Assembly: GCA_030704615.1 (NCBI GenBank)
Contig: CM060732.1
Span: 54,188,001-54,252,000 of the forward strand
Reading direction: 5' to 3'
Origin: Takakia lepidozioides
Lineage: Eukaryota; Plantae; Bryophyta
Length of the DNA: 64,000 nucleotides
Shown: piece after piece, positions 1 through 14,302 of the stretch
Position numbering within the stretch: the stretch's first letter is position 1
Layout: the number at the start of each line of letters is the position of its first letter
Made by a program: the position numbers and the translations under genes
The notes under the pieces: generated by a model
The model's database searches: none
Told to the model about the DNA's origin: nothing
What the model saw: only the letters and a program-made list of their open reading frames with translations

Positions 1-1650
1 ACCCTAGACATGGCACTATCTCACACTTCCATTCTTGTCAAATCATCCCAAATGACACCACCCAATCATCCAAGACAAAACAGGGTGGGAGGGCGGGGTT
101 CGTTCTTGTGTGGGACAAGATAAGATATTGCCACCTATATGCAAGTTGCAAGGCATCTTGGTTCAGCCTGCTCACATACCTTACCAGCAGGTCATATATT
201 AAAGGAGCACAAAATGTTGAGGTCATGCAAAGGGCAAGGTACCATGGTCCAGCCTGCCCTATTACCATTTCAAGACACATTTTCAAACATACATCTTGGG
301 CATGACACACAGGTTGCAACATCTTACCTTATCAGCATTTAATTACAGCAGATTATGCACCAGCCAAGGCATAAGGACCAGCCTGCAATTTTTCAGAATC
401 AAAACATGCTTCCAAGCAATCCTACTTGGGCATGAAAAAATAGATTCCATACCATTTGTACTCACCCCGAGACATGTAATCATACAAGGTATCAAGGGAA
501 TGTGATGTAGTGTGAAAAGAAAGGGCATAAATCCCCTTCTACTAATAATTCTAAATCTGTTCTTCTAGTGTAGCATCCACTTGCTAGTCCAAGACCAACA
601 CAGAGCTTAAAAAGCCCTATGTATTGTTCATGATCAGAGTTCATGTGTCCTCATCCACGCCGCAGCGGAAGAGAAGACATGGATGGGACTGGGAAGCTTC
701 TCCATTTTTATCTCTCAGATTATATAGGCAAGGCATGCAATGTCAATAAAATTGTTGTGATGTTACGTGACCCCAACAACACTCTATGTCGGCAAATGCA
801 TAGCCCGTGAGGCAATTTCACTTCTTGCAATGCTTGTCTGGAACTCCCTTAGATGATCAACCAAAATTTGAGAAGGCATCAAGGATCTACCACAAAGTGC
901 AGGTCTGATAAGTCATCTACAACTCATGGTTTTCCCTCTTTGTCTCTCAATTGACCATCCTATTCATTACCCATTTTACTGTGCAGCTCTCTCCCTTCCC
1001 AAATTTTTTTTCTCCCCTTTCAGATACAAGTACCCAGCTCTATTATCCAACCTAGATCTATATGCAATGTCGACGCGCCCAGCCAGATATCTAGTGAAAT
1101 CATCTTGAAAATTTAACCTGGAACACACAAGCATCACCACTTCCTACATGAGTCCTTCTCTCATCCCAAACAAACCCCCATTGACCATACAAGCATTCCA
1201 CCTTTGTATTCAGCTTCCAATGCACAGGTTGCCCCAAGCTGAACAATCTTTCTCTAATAATGCAGGTGTACTAAACAGATTGCAGGAAATTAACCTATCA
1301 TCACTCAATTGTGTGTATGTGGCATATGTAACACCCCCTTAACTCTGACAGAATCACAGAAGCATCCCTAATTCATACACTATGATAAAAGACAGCAGGC
1401 CTTGCTGGTTTGTACTCTACTATGCTCAAAATTGCATGTGCAATTGACATGAGAAGCCCAATGCAGCAGTGGGACCAGATTCATGATACTAAAACCAGTA
1501 TATCAAGAGCAAAGAAGCATCACACACTCAGTGACAATGGGAGGGATGCATCTCCCTCTATCAACATTTCAGTAGACCCATGCATCATCTCCCCTTCTCT
1601 CTACATCCTCCTTGGTTTGAAGGGTCAAAGCACACTAATATGACCCAAAA
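1..1650 (-). pseudogene. Possible highly degraded PPR-gene relic
   Basis: Only scattered PPR-like peptide fragments on the - strand (e.g. 'QDALQLA'); no continuous ORF; boundaries approximate. Confidence 0.25.
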
Positions 1651-3999
1651 AAAATGTCACAAATTGTTTTCCAGCACAGTCGATCCATATTTAGGATATA
1701 GAGTTCAGTATGAAACCATAGAGACATTATATCATTGGAAAGCCCTTGAAGTTCTTGTCATGCATATATAATTTTTTTTGTGATTTGACAAGTTTAAGGG
1801 GTCTTAAAAGAGTCTTGAATAACACAAGGTTCAAATGTCCCAAAATGTTATAGTCTTTTATGACTCATTTTCACACCCATAACATGTGAAGGTCCTATTA
1901 GGGATTTTCATGTGTTTATGTAAGGTATAGAAGACAGTAGACCTGCAAACCAGAAAAACCCATTATCATAGGAATTTTCTACTACGCGGTATGCATAACT
2001 TAGGGGCACCAAACTTTGGTATTACTAAACCTCAAAATTTGAACATAGTTCTTTCACCAAAAGTGTTTAGCTACTGAAAAAAAAAAAGGCCATGTCCTTG
2101 AAATGACTACAAGGTCCTCCAATTTTGAATTTGAGGCCAAAATGAGTTCTTACAAATAGTATATTATTCATTGTAAATTGTTTTAAAATTAAAAATATAT
2201 CGAAGAAACTCCTAAAAATTATATGAGCATCTGCAGCACTGAAGTAGGCATCAAAGACACCAAACCCAGCTTGGATGCGATGAGGGGAAAACAAATGGTG
2301 GCAAACGGAAATCGAGTTAGTATCATAAACTCAAAATTAGTGGTGTACGAGCAAAATTGGAGGTGTACAAGAGGGTGTACGAGCATCCGATGGATGGGGT
2401 TGAGATGCCCACTCTCATCTGTCAATTTCATCACGTTTTCATCGCAACATGTCAGTGTCCACGCGTCGCGATGTAACGCGCCAGTAGTCAAAATTTAGTC
2501 ATTTTCAAGAATGTCAGTGGTACACATTAGCATGCTTTCACCCTGAAATCAGGCCGACTCCATTCCATTTTCAAAAGTCTTATCTCCTACATCAGTCTTG
2601 CTTGAGAGCTCATAAGTCCAAGCAACAACAACTATTCCTAAGTGAAAGAAGCCCCTAATCATTGCACTTAGTTGTTCTTATATCTTCCCTTAAGCGGTGG
2701 ATGTCTATCTGTCGGTTCATCCCCCTTTCCCGCTTCTGCTGCCAGCTCGATCTCATCTGCCGTTGTCACTACAATACTGGCGCACCCAGAAAGACATCAT
2801 ACATTACTCTATGGTGCCAAAATCTTTCACTACCGCCTCAGCAGCCGTCATAAATTTTCAACAACTTGAAAATTGTAGCACGAATCACCACACCGCTAGT
2901 CATTTCCGCCCCTTCCTTCATCACGTTTTTTTTTTTTTTTTTATGCCTGAACGTTGCAAGTCGCACCGGCGCCGCGGCCAAAGGGGTCCCGGGGGGTTTG
3001 CGATTCCCCGAGGACGCTAATTAGCGACGTTCCGGGAGCGACGTCTCTGCGACTTCTCGACGTTGCAAAATGCCCCCGGCGCGCCCGGGCGCCGTAGAGT
3101 ATTTCCGTCGCTAATCGCGGCGGTTGGAGGTCGCTGGGGCATCGCTAAACCACCCAACCACGCCCCCCCCCCAAACGTAGTAGTGTACATCGTTGGCCAA
3201 TAATAGCCCATCCTTAGTGCCTTCTACATCGTCAATCTCCCCGCAAAGTGTTTGTCTTACATCCATGTTTGTGACTGCCTAAAGTAGAACTCAATCTTGC
3301 ACATCAACCTTGTTGGTAGTGGAAGTGCATAGTTATGCAGTGAAAATGGGAACCCAACTTGACAAGGGAGGAGGATGGGATTGTTGTCTCATCCTTAGAG
3401 TCTGTCCAACTGTATGTGTGATGGAAAAGTATGATACTATGCAGTACCATCTCTCTGCCCAAGTTGGGCGCACGGTCTATGGCAACATGGGTACATCAAA
3501 TGTACATTCTATCCTGTAAGATATGTAGATGCATTTTCAAAGGTCCATTGAGATTCATGGCATCCAATCGGAACTTTTATGCAATGATATGGGGATTGAT
3601 GATAAGGAAGTAGATGCTTTGCCTCAAAAGGTTTTGTCTGTTTGAAAATGTGCCAAGCTAAATGTGCCAGCACAATGCACATAGTTATATTCCAATACAC
3701 TCAATACAGATATTCCGTAGGTGAGCCAGCTTTGCTTCATCAAGTACTGCCACACCTCTTGCTTGTCTCCATGCAATCTTTATCATGCATCCATGGTGGT
3801 CTTGCAACAATAGCTATTATAACATGCCAGAAGTTCTTTCATGGAATGATACCTTGTAGTTGACATACAACAGTTTGCAAAGCAAAATGATAGCCAAAAA
3901 CTGCCAAGCGAAAGCTGCCTTTCAGACTTGGAGTCAATTTCAAATTGACTGTACCCATCACCAACTTAGCATTGGCTTTCTTCTGAGCTGAATTGCCCA

Positions 4000-5733
4000 G
4001 ACTTTACTAAACAATGGACGTTCGTATTTGTCAATTGTAGATATTATATTTCACGATTGTCTCTACAGGATAAAAATGCTTGACTGATTTCGGTCGATTT
4101 ATATATCTATGAATGTTCGAATGACATTTCACATCTATTGAATTTGGAGGAAGATCTTTCAGAATACTTGGTGGTTTTAGTACGAATGCACGTTCTTCAA
4201 AGCCTAGAGGGTGATGTGTTGATAAAAAAACATTTTCTTGATGAATGATGTAATGATATAGAGAGAATGAAGTATACTGCTAATTGATCAGGCATTTGTT
4301 GAGCGTTTAAAAATGCGTTGCCCATATGTTTTATATGTTTTGTTGCTTTAGTTTATTCTTGTTTACATGTTGTAAGGACCTTTTGTAATTCTTTGGTGAT
4401 GGTTTTGTTGACTTTTGTGAGATATGATGTACAATATGTAGCAACTGCGTAGGGATACAAAATAAATTGCACATCGGTGTTTGTGTGCCATAGAGGACCG
4501 ACGATTTTCCCAAAATCCTCCTCTCCCGCTTTGAAAGACTAGTACCTTGAAAATTGAGCTGATACTAATTAGTGCTGCTTAGTCCACTCAGCCAAAGTAA
4601 CATCAATACGTATGTCCATTGGTTTGCATTTTAAAAATATAGTGGGTTTGCATAAGTCGACTTCTCAATGTGTTTTTATCTAATTGTAGTAACAAAAGAA
4701 ATTCTTCAAAATATATGTTTTTCCCAATACCATATTCCTGTACTTCTTTAAAAATATGTAATGCGATGTTTTCTAGTTCGTTTATTTGGTCGTTTGTTTC
4801 CAATAGAGTCAAAATCTTTGTTTCCTTCATCATAGGGTAGTAGCTTCACCAGAATAAAGGAGGCTTGTGCTGGCGACAGCCCATTGGGCCCTTTTTTTTT
4901 TTCCTGCTTTCTCCTTTCTCTGCACTTAAATGCACTAGGATTGAGTGAGAAAAATTCTCAAGTTGCTGTGCATACCTACCTAGGAAGTGAGTTTCATGCT
5001 TTATGTCTTTGTTGTCAGATTATGGTTCGATTTGCATGAAAAGTGCCGAACATTGGGAATAGTCGCGATTACGAATATGACTAAGGCATAAGGCGCTCCA
5101 ATGTGCAAGAAGCTTCGTTCAGCAGGGGGGATCAACCAGACGTCCAAAAAGCTAAAGGAGGGCATCTATGACGGTGAAGTTGTACATCATGCATGTTTTC
5201 TAGTAACATTTCGCTATCACTAGTAACATATTTATCGATGAACAATTCTATTTCACAATCTTGTGCTATTCTATGTATAGGTGCATTTTAATCCATAAAA
5301 ATGATCCTTGATCGTGTTCCGCAACTTTCAAATTCAGCTGTGAAAAAATAATCGTGGACGGTTCCAAATAGGTTGTTATCTTTTTATCAGAAGTTTTCGA
5401 AATGAGTTCATTCGTCATGGTTTGGTTTGTGACTTAAATTCACATAAAGTTTTTGTAATGGGGTCTATTTACTTTTAGCACTTGTGAATGTTACAAAAAA
5501 AGTTGGCGGGCCAAGCTGACGTATCATAACAAAACTTCTTTCCGTTCACGCTCTAAATGGTATGATGATGTTCTTATATGTTCCAATTCTCTATAACCTA
5601 TACCAGATCGAAGGTTGTTATCTAAGTTTAGTTTATTGGCCTTACATCAACTAGCGTCCTTGCACTTTTTCTTTTCTAATATGTATCTAAGATTATGACA
5701 AAATACAATCGATGATGATTTTGATTGCCTTAA
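4000..5733 (-). mobile_element. Degenerate Helitron (Helitron2/Helentron-like) Rep-helicase relic
   Basis: Manual - strand translation gives typical RepHel motifs: MIRQLGPPTFFVTFTSA (~5480-5530), GYRELEHIRTSSYH (~5560-5600), MGNAFLNAQQM..QLAVY..LS (~4260-4330), FINTSP..EERAFVLK (~4180-4230), HRYINRPKS (~4085-4115). AT-rich, with stops and frameshifts. Confidence 0.75.
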
Positions 5734-7265
5734 ACGTGCTCGATACAGGAAATGACACGTGGCAGAGTGTTCGCTCTCCATGACTGCGAACTATGACTAT
5801 GGGCGTACAAATCCGATTGCAACACGTGGCACGTTGCAGTTTTTACACGTGGTCCCTCAACAGATTGACATGTGTCATGATGGGTGTTTTTATGGGGTGT
5901 ATTGCTATTTTTTTTACATATTTATATTTCTACCACGTGGTGTAGTACTATTGGAGAGTGAAAATAGATGTAGTCATTATTATGACTATGATAGCAGGCA
6001 TGTATATGTCTATTACAACAATGAAATATAATATATAATACAAAGAGAACAAGGCAACAAGACATAACTGCAACAAGCTGAGCAAAACCAAGAGATTGTG
6101 CACCATCTCTATTTACCAATCTATTTATCATTATCATTTTTGTTGCAATCTAAAAATACATAAAATAGTCACATGTTCTCATGTGAATTATATTGTCTAA
6201 CTATGACACTTTGAAAAGTGTTCACCCAGAATCTTCTAACTACTCATGTATTCCATCAATCTGCAAACCATCAAAGACTAAGGCTTGCATGGCTTTAAGA
6301 ATTACTACAACAAGGACATCTGTTTGTTTTCCAAGTTCTTGCATAAGATGCACCAACCAACATTGCATTATGAGACACTCACTCGCTATACTCCAAAGCG
6401 TCTAGGGAAGGTCATTGAGCAACCTGCCAAAGCGGAAACAATTAAGAGAATTATCTAATACCATATATGAAAAACCAATGCCAGTGTTGTTTATGGTAAC
6501 TTCTATCCCATGGACTCGTAAACAAAGCAAAGCAAAAAGCTTGGTGTGTGTTGGCGAAGTCATCAGATACTTCACAAAGAAACATGCACTAAAAATGAGA
6601 GCCAGGAGGATAGGAAGGTCACTCACGTTTATACAAAGACGTCTTGCCCATTGCCCAACACCCTGCGTCACCCACACTCTATCTCTACTCCTTCAGCTAT
6701 CCATGCCTCTACACAAATCAAGCATTCATCTTTGTTTTGCTGCTAGCAGCTGACAATGACAACCTACATTTGTTCTAGGAAACACCCAACTCAGCGTAGC
6801 ACACTAGTTCCTATGCTCAATTGCGTCTGCTACTATCTGAAATGTAGCAGACATTCACCTTTCTGCCTCGGTTGACCCAGCAGTGACTGGGCTCAGATAA
6901 GTATTCATTCCACAGCTTCTCCTCATCTATGTTATCTGTTTTTTTACACTTTTCTGTTGTCACATTGGCAGTATCATGTCAAAATTACTCCAATTTAGAT
7001 TCACTCAACCAGCTAACTTGCAGAATTGAACATGGAAATTTATGGCCGATTCTGATAAGAGGGAAAAACAGGGTGAAATGTGTTGAAGAAGATGCCTTCA
7101 TTAGCAGTGCCTGATTTTATCACTTGTGCCGCTGCTGCCAGTTGACCATCTACCCATGCAGGTTTCTTGTAGTTATTGATCCATAGGGAATTACAGGTAA
7201 TCTTGTGCTTGAAATCTGGCCCTCTTGGATGTATCTGGACCCACACAAAATCCCTGCTCATTCAG

Positions 7266-7910
7266 CTATCCATGCCTCTGCACAAAATCATGCATACATC
7301 CTCGCCTTGCTGCTAGCAGCTGACAATGATAGCCTAGAATTGTCAAAGCAAACACTAGCAGGGAAAACAGGTGAAATATGTTGAAGAAGGTACCTTCACC
7401 CCTTTCCCCATCATTTGCTTTCAGGTGTCCAAAGCCCCATCCCGCGCTCCTGCTCTGCACACCCTGCAAGCATCGCATTCCACGACACCACATCTGGTTC
7501 AGCCATAGTGTTGAACACTCCCTTGGCATCCTCAATGCTCCCACATTTAGCATACATGGCCACCACAGCAATGCTCAGGATGACATCTGGTACAATTGCA
7601 GATTTGATGATGTCACCAGGGATCTCTTTGCCCTTTTCTAGGGCTGCCAGACGCACTGCAAACGCACACAAACGTTATGTTGGCGGCCTTCACCCCTTCC
7701 CCCATCATTTGCTCAAAGGTTGGAGCCTCCGTCCCGCACCCCAGCTGTGCATACCCTGCAAGCATCGCACTATACGACACCACATCTCGTTCAGCCACAG
7801 TGTTGAACACTCCCTTGGCATCCTCGATGCACCCACATTTGGCATACATGTCCAGCAGGGCAGGGCCAGTGTTCAGAAGGACATGTGGTAATTTGACAGG
7901 CATTCACCTC
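7266..7910 (-). pseudogene. PLS-class pentatricopeptide repeat (PPR) gene fragment
   Basis: Two tandem units ALLDMYAKCGCIEDAKGVFNTVAERDVVSYSAMLAGYAQLG and AMYAKCGSIEDAKGVFNTMAEPDVVSWNAMLAG, separated by frameshifts. Confidence 0.85.
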
Positions 7911-9678
7911 CTGACTTGGCTGTTCCCAACCCATTCTGCCATTGGCAAGAAATTCCACAGAAACTGATAGTTGTCTGTTTGATGTATTCCTTGCTTTCTT
8001 ACAGCCTGTACTGTGACACGCGTAATGCTCTTGCTGTGTTGAATCATTTCACGCCTTCAGGTTTCAGAACAAACATTACCGTCTTTCTTATCAGACACGT
8101 GCACCAAGACAGAATCTCACCAAAAGATTGTTGGTGTTCAACAGTACCATACATGAAGATAACCAGCACCAAAAGGGCATATGAAGATTACACTGCTCTC
8201 CACTGGTATTAACCTGCACCAGGACTTTCAATGGTTGTCTTCTAGTACACCCACGGCCCGCTGTAAATGGCTTGCAACCTACAGATTTTCAAGAGAGCTC
8301 ATTACCATGAAAATTTAAAAATTGGCTTTACAAACCTAATAATTCAAGCATAATCAGCATTCAAGCTAAGGAAGCTTTACAAGCATTGTGTTGCGAGTAA
8401 AGCCTTGGCAATGTCACCAGGAAATCCCTGGCTGAATGGATGACACTGAAATAATGGAGCTTGAAATCCGGCCCTCTTGGACGAATCTGGGCCTACACTC
8501 TATCCCTGCTCCTTCAGCTATCTATGCCTCTGCACAAAATCATGCATACATCCTTGCCTTCCTGCTAGCAGCTGACAATGACAACCTAGAATTGTTCCAG
8601 CAAACACCCCCAACCCTACATATCAACGAGCAATGACCTAACTTACAAAATTCAATATGCATCTCAGGGCCGAGTCTGATGAGAGGGCAAAACAGGCTGA
8701 AATAGGTCGAAGAAGAAGGTGCCCTCACCACATTGGCCTTGACCTTGTATCATGACCCATGGAGGATTTGACCGACCATCAACCCAAAAGGACCTCTTGT
8801 GTGTGATGTTTATGTCTTGTAGTTAGGTAATGTCGGATTGGTCTGTGAGAACCTGCACCACGGTGCAGCTGAGCAGGCAGACATTGAAACACGGCCTGCT
8901 AAGACCAAGTTGACTCTCCCAAGAACCTTGTAAACATCAGGAAGAATATCAAATCATGGTACTAACAGGAGCCAACAGCCCACATTTGCAGGATGGACAA
9001 ACTTCTTCACATCGTACATTAAAAAAAAGCCACACCTTGCGATTGCGGTTGTCGCACCATCATGAAGGATCTCTAAAAAATTCATGCCAGCTCTGCTCCA
9101 TGATTCAAATTCAGGGCCGAGTCTGATGAGAGGGCAAAACAAGCTGAAATAGGTTGAAGAATAAGGTGCCCTCACCACATTGTCCTCGACCTTGTGTCAT
9201 GATCCATGGAGGATTTGACTGACCATGAACCCAAGAGGACCTCTTGTGTGTGCTGCTTGTGTCTGTAGTTAGGTAATGTCGGATTGGTCAGTGAGAACCA
9301 CCTTGGTGCAGCTGAGCGGATAGAGATTGAAACACGGCCTGCTAAGACCAAGCTGAATCTCCCAAGAACGGCGAGTTCCCAGCCGAAACCTCCTCGAACA
9401 CATACCCTAGCACCTCCTCACACACATATCCTAGCATTTCTAGGATGCTTGCTTCAGATGCGAAGGTTGGTCCAACTGCGGGCCTCCCATGCATGTTTGC
9501 CCTCCCTCCCGCTCGTTCGCTCTAAGTCCCAGCCCTCTCTCTCTCCCTCCCGCTCGCTCTAAGTCTATTCACGGCTACCGTGATAGGCAACTTTTTAAGT
9601 TTTTCAACCTTTTTGTAAACCCTAAAAGCTCATTTTTTATTTTTTTTCTTTTATTTATTTTTCTTGAAGGAACGCACA

Positions 9679-9850
9679 CGCCCTTGAGGAGGGGGAAAAA
9701 TTCACCCGCCTTCATTTATGGGCCATAAGACCTACAGGACGATCAACGCCCAGACACACCGTCAAGAACAATCCCACACACCGGATAAGGGCAGTGGGTT
9801 TGAAGCCCAAACCACCAGAGCGACACACTGTGCACTTACGAGCCGATGTG
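9679..9850 (-). repeat. tRNA-derived SINE-like repeat (degenerate copy)
   Basis: Homologous to 33897-34080 and 34720-34891; B-box-like GCTTCAAACCC; A box partly deleted. Confidence 0.5.
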
Positions 9851-9937
9851 TTTTTTTTTTTTTTTTTTTGGTTTTTTTTGGTTTTTTTTATAATTCATTC
9901 TAGTGGTCGGAGTCTTTGTTTTTTCAAAATATAAATA

Positions 9938-9941
<4 letters not shown>

Positions 9942-9981
<40 letters not shown>
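9942..9981. repeat. (AT)n microsatellite
   Basis: Run of about 16-19 AT units. Confidence 0.9.
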
Positions 9982-9982
<1 letters not shown>

Positions 9983-12480
9983 ACCAGAAAAGCACGTGCA
10001 GTCATGTAGTGATTCATCCACATGATGATCTGGAAGAATGCATTAGAATGAGAGTCATGAAGTCATATGTCTGTCTAACAATATGCACACGTCATTCCAG
10101 TGTAGCCATGACCATGACTGATAGTCATATCTGCCATGCCAATATTCGTGGTCAAACATGTTTGACCTGTGTTGCGCAGAGTCCGGAGCCATGCAATCGC
10201 ATATACGCCTTCCCCATACCTACATTATGACTTCAAAAGCATTTTACGACTGCAAATGGCAATTCTATCACAAATCTGTCATGACTGCGCACCCATGGGA
10301 GTCATAAAAGCCGCAATGTGTTGTAGTGCTTACCAAGGCCCAACGTCAGGTTCAAGGGCCTTTGAAAGTGGTCGTTGCTAGCCCAATGTTGTCGATGAGG
10401 GAGGAGGAGACGAGGAGGGCCAATGAAGTGGCCGAGATAGCAAAGTGCCTCGAAGTAGTCAAGCCAGGTGAGGGCTTCTACCCTGCTACGCATTTTGGGG
10501 GGGAGGTATGGGCCGGTTTAATGGAGCGGCCTAGCCGATCAGCGACGCCGCCCCCTGAGCTTGCGGTTAGCAAAAAAGGCCCTGGACTACGGGGTGCCGC
10601 CGTCGGCTATGCTCCACATTTGGAATCTACTTCCAGTGGCGCTCCGGGAGGGGATAGCGTGGGCACATCCGGCAACGGGGACTCCTGCCACATCGGGTGA
10701 CACCGGGGGCGAGTCGAACAAGCTTGCAAAGGTACAACTGTCACACTTGGTTCCATGTTTTGTCATTTCCTTTGCATGGATGATTTTCTTTGTTGTTTGT
10801 TTCTTTTTTTGAATTTGGGGGGGTTATTTGTCTTCAAGAGGCAGCAACATGGCTGGCCTCATTGGTGCAGTCTGGTGGGGTTGCCAATGAGGGAGAGCAC
10901 GTGGTGTTCATGACGGACCCGAACACCAAAGGTAAGAAGAAGAGGCCTCGACCTCCCGAGATCTCTTTTACCATCAATGAAGGGGTTGCCGAGGCGAGAG
11001 AGAGAATGGAGAGGGAGAAGGAGAGAGATGAAGTAGCGGGGAAGGGGAAGGAAAAGAAGAAGAAGAAGAAGAAGTCACATGGAGAGGAAGGGATGAGTGT
11101 GCATGCGGGGGAGGGCAGTGGGGTAACAAAAGAGCAGTGGAAGGAGGCTACAAAGAAATGAGAGGGTGGGAAGAAGAACATCACCTTGGCGATAGAGGAC
11201 GTGGCTTTGGCAAAGATCGTGGTGCCACTGGTGGAGGTGAATTGCCATGGTAACCCCTGCGATGCAATCTGGGAGGCTATGAAGAAGCCAGCCTTCGAAC
11301 TCACAATGAGGTGGTTCCCTTTGTAGATTGAGTGGGCTGATCAGCACCTTGGCGCGAAGCGGGTGTATGTCCGTGAGTTAGACTGTCGATTTCCGGGCAA
11401 TTGGAAGGGTGATGGAGATGGTGGGGCAAAACTTGAAGGACGGGAGGTACCGTGCCAAACAGATCATTCGGAGGGCAATGGAAAAGGGGGCCATACCCAA
11501 ACCACCTTATGGAATTACACAAGTTGACAAATCCTGAATCATTTCACCTTCCATTTGTCGCATGTGCATTAGTGAGGTGGATTTGATGCAACGTTTGATG
11601 CTCGATCATTGCATTACGTTGCTCGAAAGGGTGCCCTGAGATTGAGAAATTTTGAACATATTGGGAATCCAAAGTAACACGAAGATCCGGAAGTTTCTTT
11701 AGAGAGTTTCATAAGTTGCAGTTTCAAACAAAATGTGAAGTGCTTAGTGTGTGTTGGTGACTTTCCATGGCAACCACAAGATTGCCGTTGACATCGCTGA
11801 ACCATATTTCTCGTACCTGCAAAAATCTTGACAAGTCCCTGGATTTCTAAGAGAATGTATTGGGTTTTGCGCTGATAAAGAGACCCGGATCTTTTAATTT
11901 CGATGGAGCTTGACCTCTGCAGCATACCTTTCAAGTCGTAGGAAGTAAACGTAAATGCCCGATCCTTATTATGGTGGATTTACTACCATCCCGAGATCAT
12001 CACTCAAGGACCTGTGGCGAATAGACCTTTCCAATCCGACCACACACTTTTGTGTGCCATCTGTCCTAGATTTTGACTCGACGGTAGATAACTAGCCACT
12101 GCCGGCCTGATGTTGGTGTTGGTCTGATTTTGCTTAGATATTTCAGGGATGCCTCTTCTGCTGTCTATACATCTACGTACAATTTGTAAACTACTGAGAT
12201 GCTGGAACAAGAGTAATCAAAGCATGTCGATAATGTCGACCAACTCTGCAGGAAATCCCTTCCAGCAGAACTAGCAAAATCAGTCCTACAGGTCAGAACA
12301 TGGTTGAGCCTGGACTAATTATGTACGATTGGCTTGTGATTGTACGTGCAGTTTGACACCTTCAGCAGCTTGATAGGGTCCCTGCGGGAAGCTCATCTTG
12401 GTTGCTTGAGAGATACTCAGTTCATGATCTATGTGCTGCATTGGATTGTACCCAGGTTTCTGCCAAATATGCTGTCCTAC

Positions 12481-13537
12481 CTACTGGGTGGACTGCTCAG
12501 CAGGCTCAAATAGACCCAGCATGTGGCCATCCAAGCATCGCACTGCTGCTACCTGCATGCATTCCATGGCCCTCAGTTTTAGGTTTCACCTCCTTGTTGT
12601 CACCTCCTGAAGATGCCCAAAACAGAATGAAGAGATAAACTGCAAATACCTTGCCGTGGATTGGGTATTTGATTGGACCATCCAGTTCCCCTCCCATGGA
12701 CAGCAGCCTTGTCACAGTGCTCTCCATGTCCGTGACATTGAAGGACAAAAATGGCGAGTACCCCTTTGAGAATTCTGTATCACTGCGCCCTCTCACATTG
12801 TTCGATGCTGTTAGAATGCTTCACACCACATAACAGAGTCTCAACTGCTCAGAGTAAAGTAAAACTATACTATCTGGGAAGTCGAGTCTCTCCTTGGCCT
12901 GGAGTGTTACTTCGTGAAGTGGGAGGAGGGCACATTTTACTAGCCATTTCCAGTGCAAGGATGAATTTGTGACCTCTGTGAAGCCCCTAGTATTTGCAAT
13001 TGGCGAGGAAATGCCTTGCCCAGGCTGGGTGGAGGACATGGCCTAAGCCAACACTGGCCGGTGCAATTTGGATAAAGGAAAGCCTACAATGAGGCAAAAG
13101 TATCCTAATCATCGTGATATCTCCCGGAGCAATAATCATGGCGACCATTAGGATATTCCAGTTTCAGTGCTCAGGTACCCTTGTGTGGAAGAGAAGGAAG
13201 ACCAACAAGTGAGGAGCTACAGGCAGGCAACTTAAGGTGAGAAAAGACCATAAAATTGGGCCAGAGCCTTGCGGGGATACAAAAGCATCGTTCTTCCGGG
13301 CCAGATCGTCAGACACCACGCCAATTTTGTAGAGGGACAAGAGGGAAAGAAGCGAGGACACACAGAGAGGAAGACACACCTCGGGGCCTGCATGAGAGCG
13401 ATCTTGGAGGGGCCAGACTGCAGCTCAGCCCATTTGAGGGTGCAGACGCTGACGGCCAGCCCCAGCCCATGCGCGTAGAAGCGTGCCGCCCTCGGGACAT
13501 CTGTGCTACACAACACCACATACTTTAACACTGACAT
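12481..13537 (-). CDS. Glyoxalase/bleomycin-resistance (VOC) family protein, ~120 aa, 3 exons (13537-13380, 12782-12650, 12552-12481)
   Basis: Spliced product MSVLKYVVLCSTDVPRAARFYAHGLGL...GYSPFLSFNVTDMESTVTRLLSMGGELDGPIKYPIHGKVAAVRCLDGHMLGLFEPAEQSTQ*. GT-AG introns keep the frame; typical VOC motifs. Confidence 0.88.
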
Positions 13538-14302
13538 CTCTCTGGCTGTCTCTCAGGGTTTAGAGCTTCACACGTTCAGTTCCTGCTACCGTGGCAGACA
13601 ACAGCGAGCTGCCAATCTTTCTATCCTTCACATCTATTTCTCTTCCATTTCATTTCTCTTCTTTCAGATTGTCTCTCACGATTTCGATGTGCAGCAATTG
13701 GAGTTGTGTTTGAGACGACAAGACGTATTACACATAAACCCTAAGTAACTGATAGATTTCATATTTGACACCAAAACAGTGACATCACATTAATGACGAC
13801 GATGCGTAAGTCAATGGGAGCACAGTGTCATTTTTCACTGCTTCGATGCTCCAAGACGCCAGGCTCACAATGGGGACAGAGTTGCCATTTGGGGGTGGGG
13901 GCTGGTCCAAGCCAAGGCTGCAGTGGTGTTCTCAGTTGACCCGTTTGTGGGTTTGTGTGAGGTGCAAGCTTTCCTTCGGGGAAAGCTTGCGTACTCTCTG
14001 CTCTACTGGCGGGAGCATTTTCATGGCTAGCTTTTTAGGGTTTGGAGCAAGCTACATCCTGCGTCACTGTTTGCCATTCCAATTGTTGCTTTATGCAGAG
14101 GCCGAATCACAGAGAAGGTGGTGCTTTTGGAATCGTCGAGCAGCTTGTTGAGGGTTCTAAATAGAGTGGTGGCAGGAGGAAGGGTGGCGGTCACTTCCTC
14201 CTGGATTTTGTCAAAGAATTTTGTGCAATTGGAGTTGCGTTTCATCAAGGTATTCCAGAAACGCTGTTACATTCTTGGAGTTGCGGCTATATCTTTTGGC
14301 AG

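Larger units (their letters stand above)
5734..10328 (+). repeat. Copy 1 of a ~4.6 kb inverted segmental duplication (PPR relic + SINE-like + LTR-like piece)
   Basis: Reverse complement matches 59558-61168, ~47226-47909 and ~34254-36540. The ORF track shows near-identical peptides on opposite strands (5759+/60943-, 6193+/60480-, 7613-/47382+, 8436+/36148-, 9718+/34632-). Confidence 0.9.

Noticed and set aside
3300-3900. Additional PPR relic
   Set aside because: Only faint motif resemblance; too degraded to support.
10329-12000. Lys/Glu-rich ORFs (10326-10700, 10790-11161) as a gene
   Set aside because: No recognisable domain; probably TE-derived fragments, but I cannot assign them.
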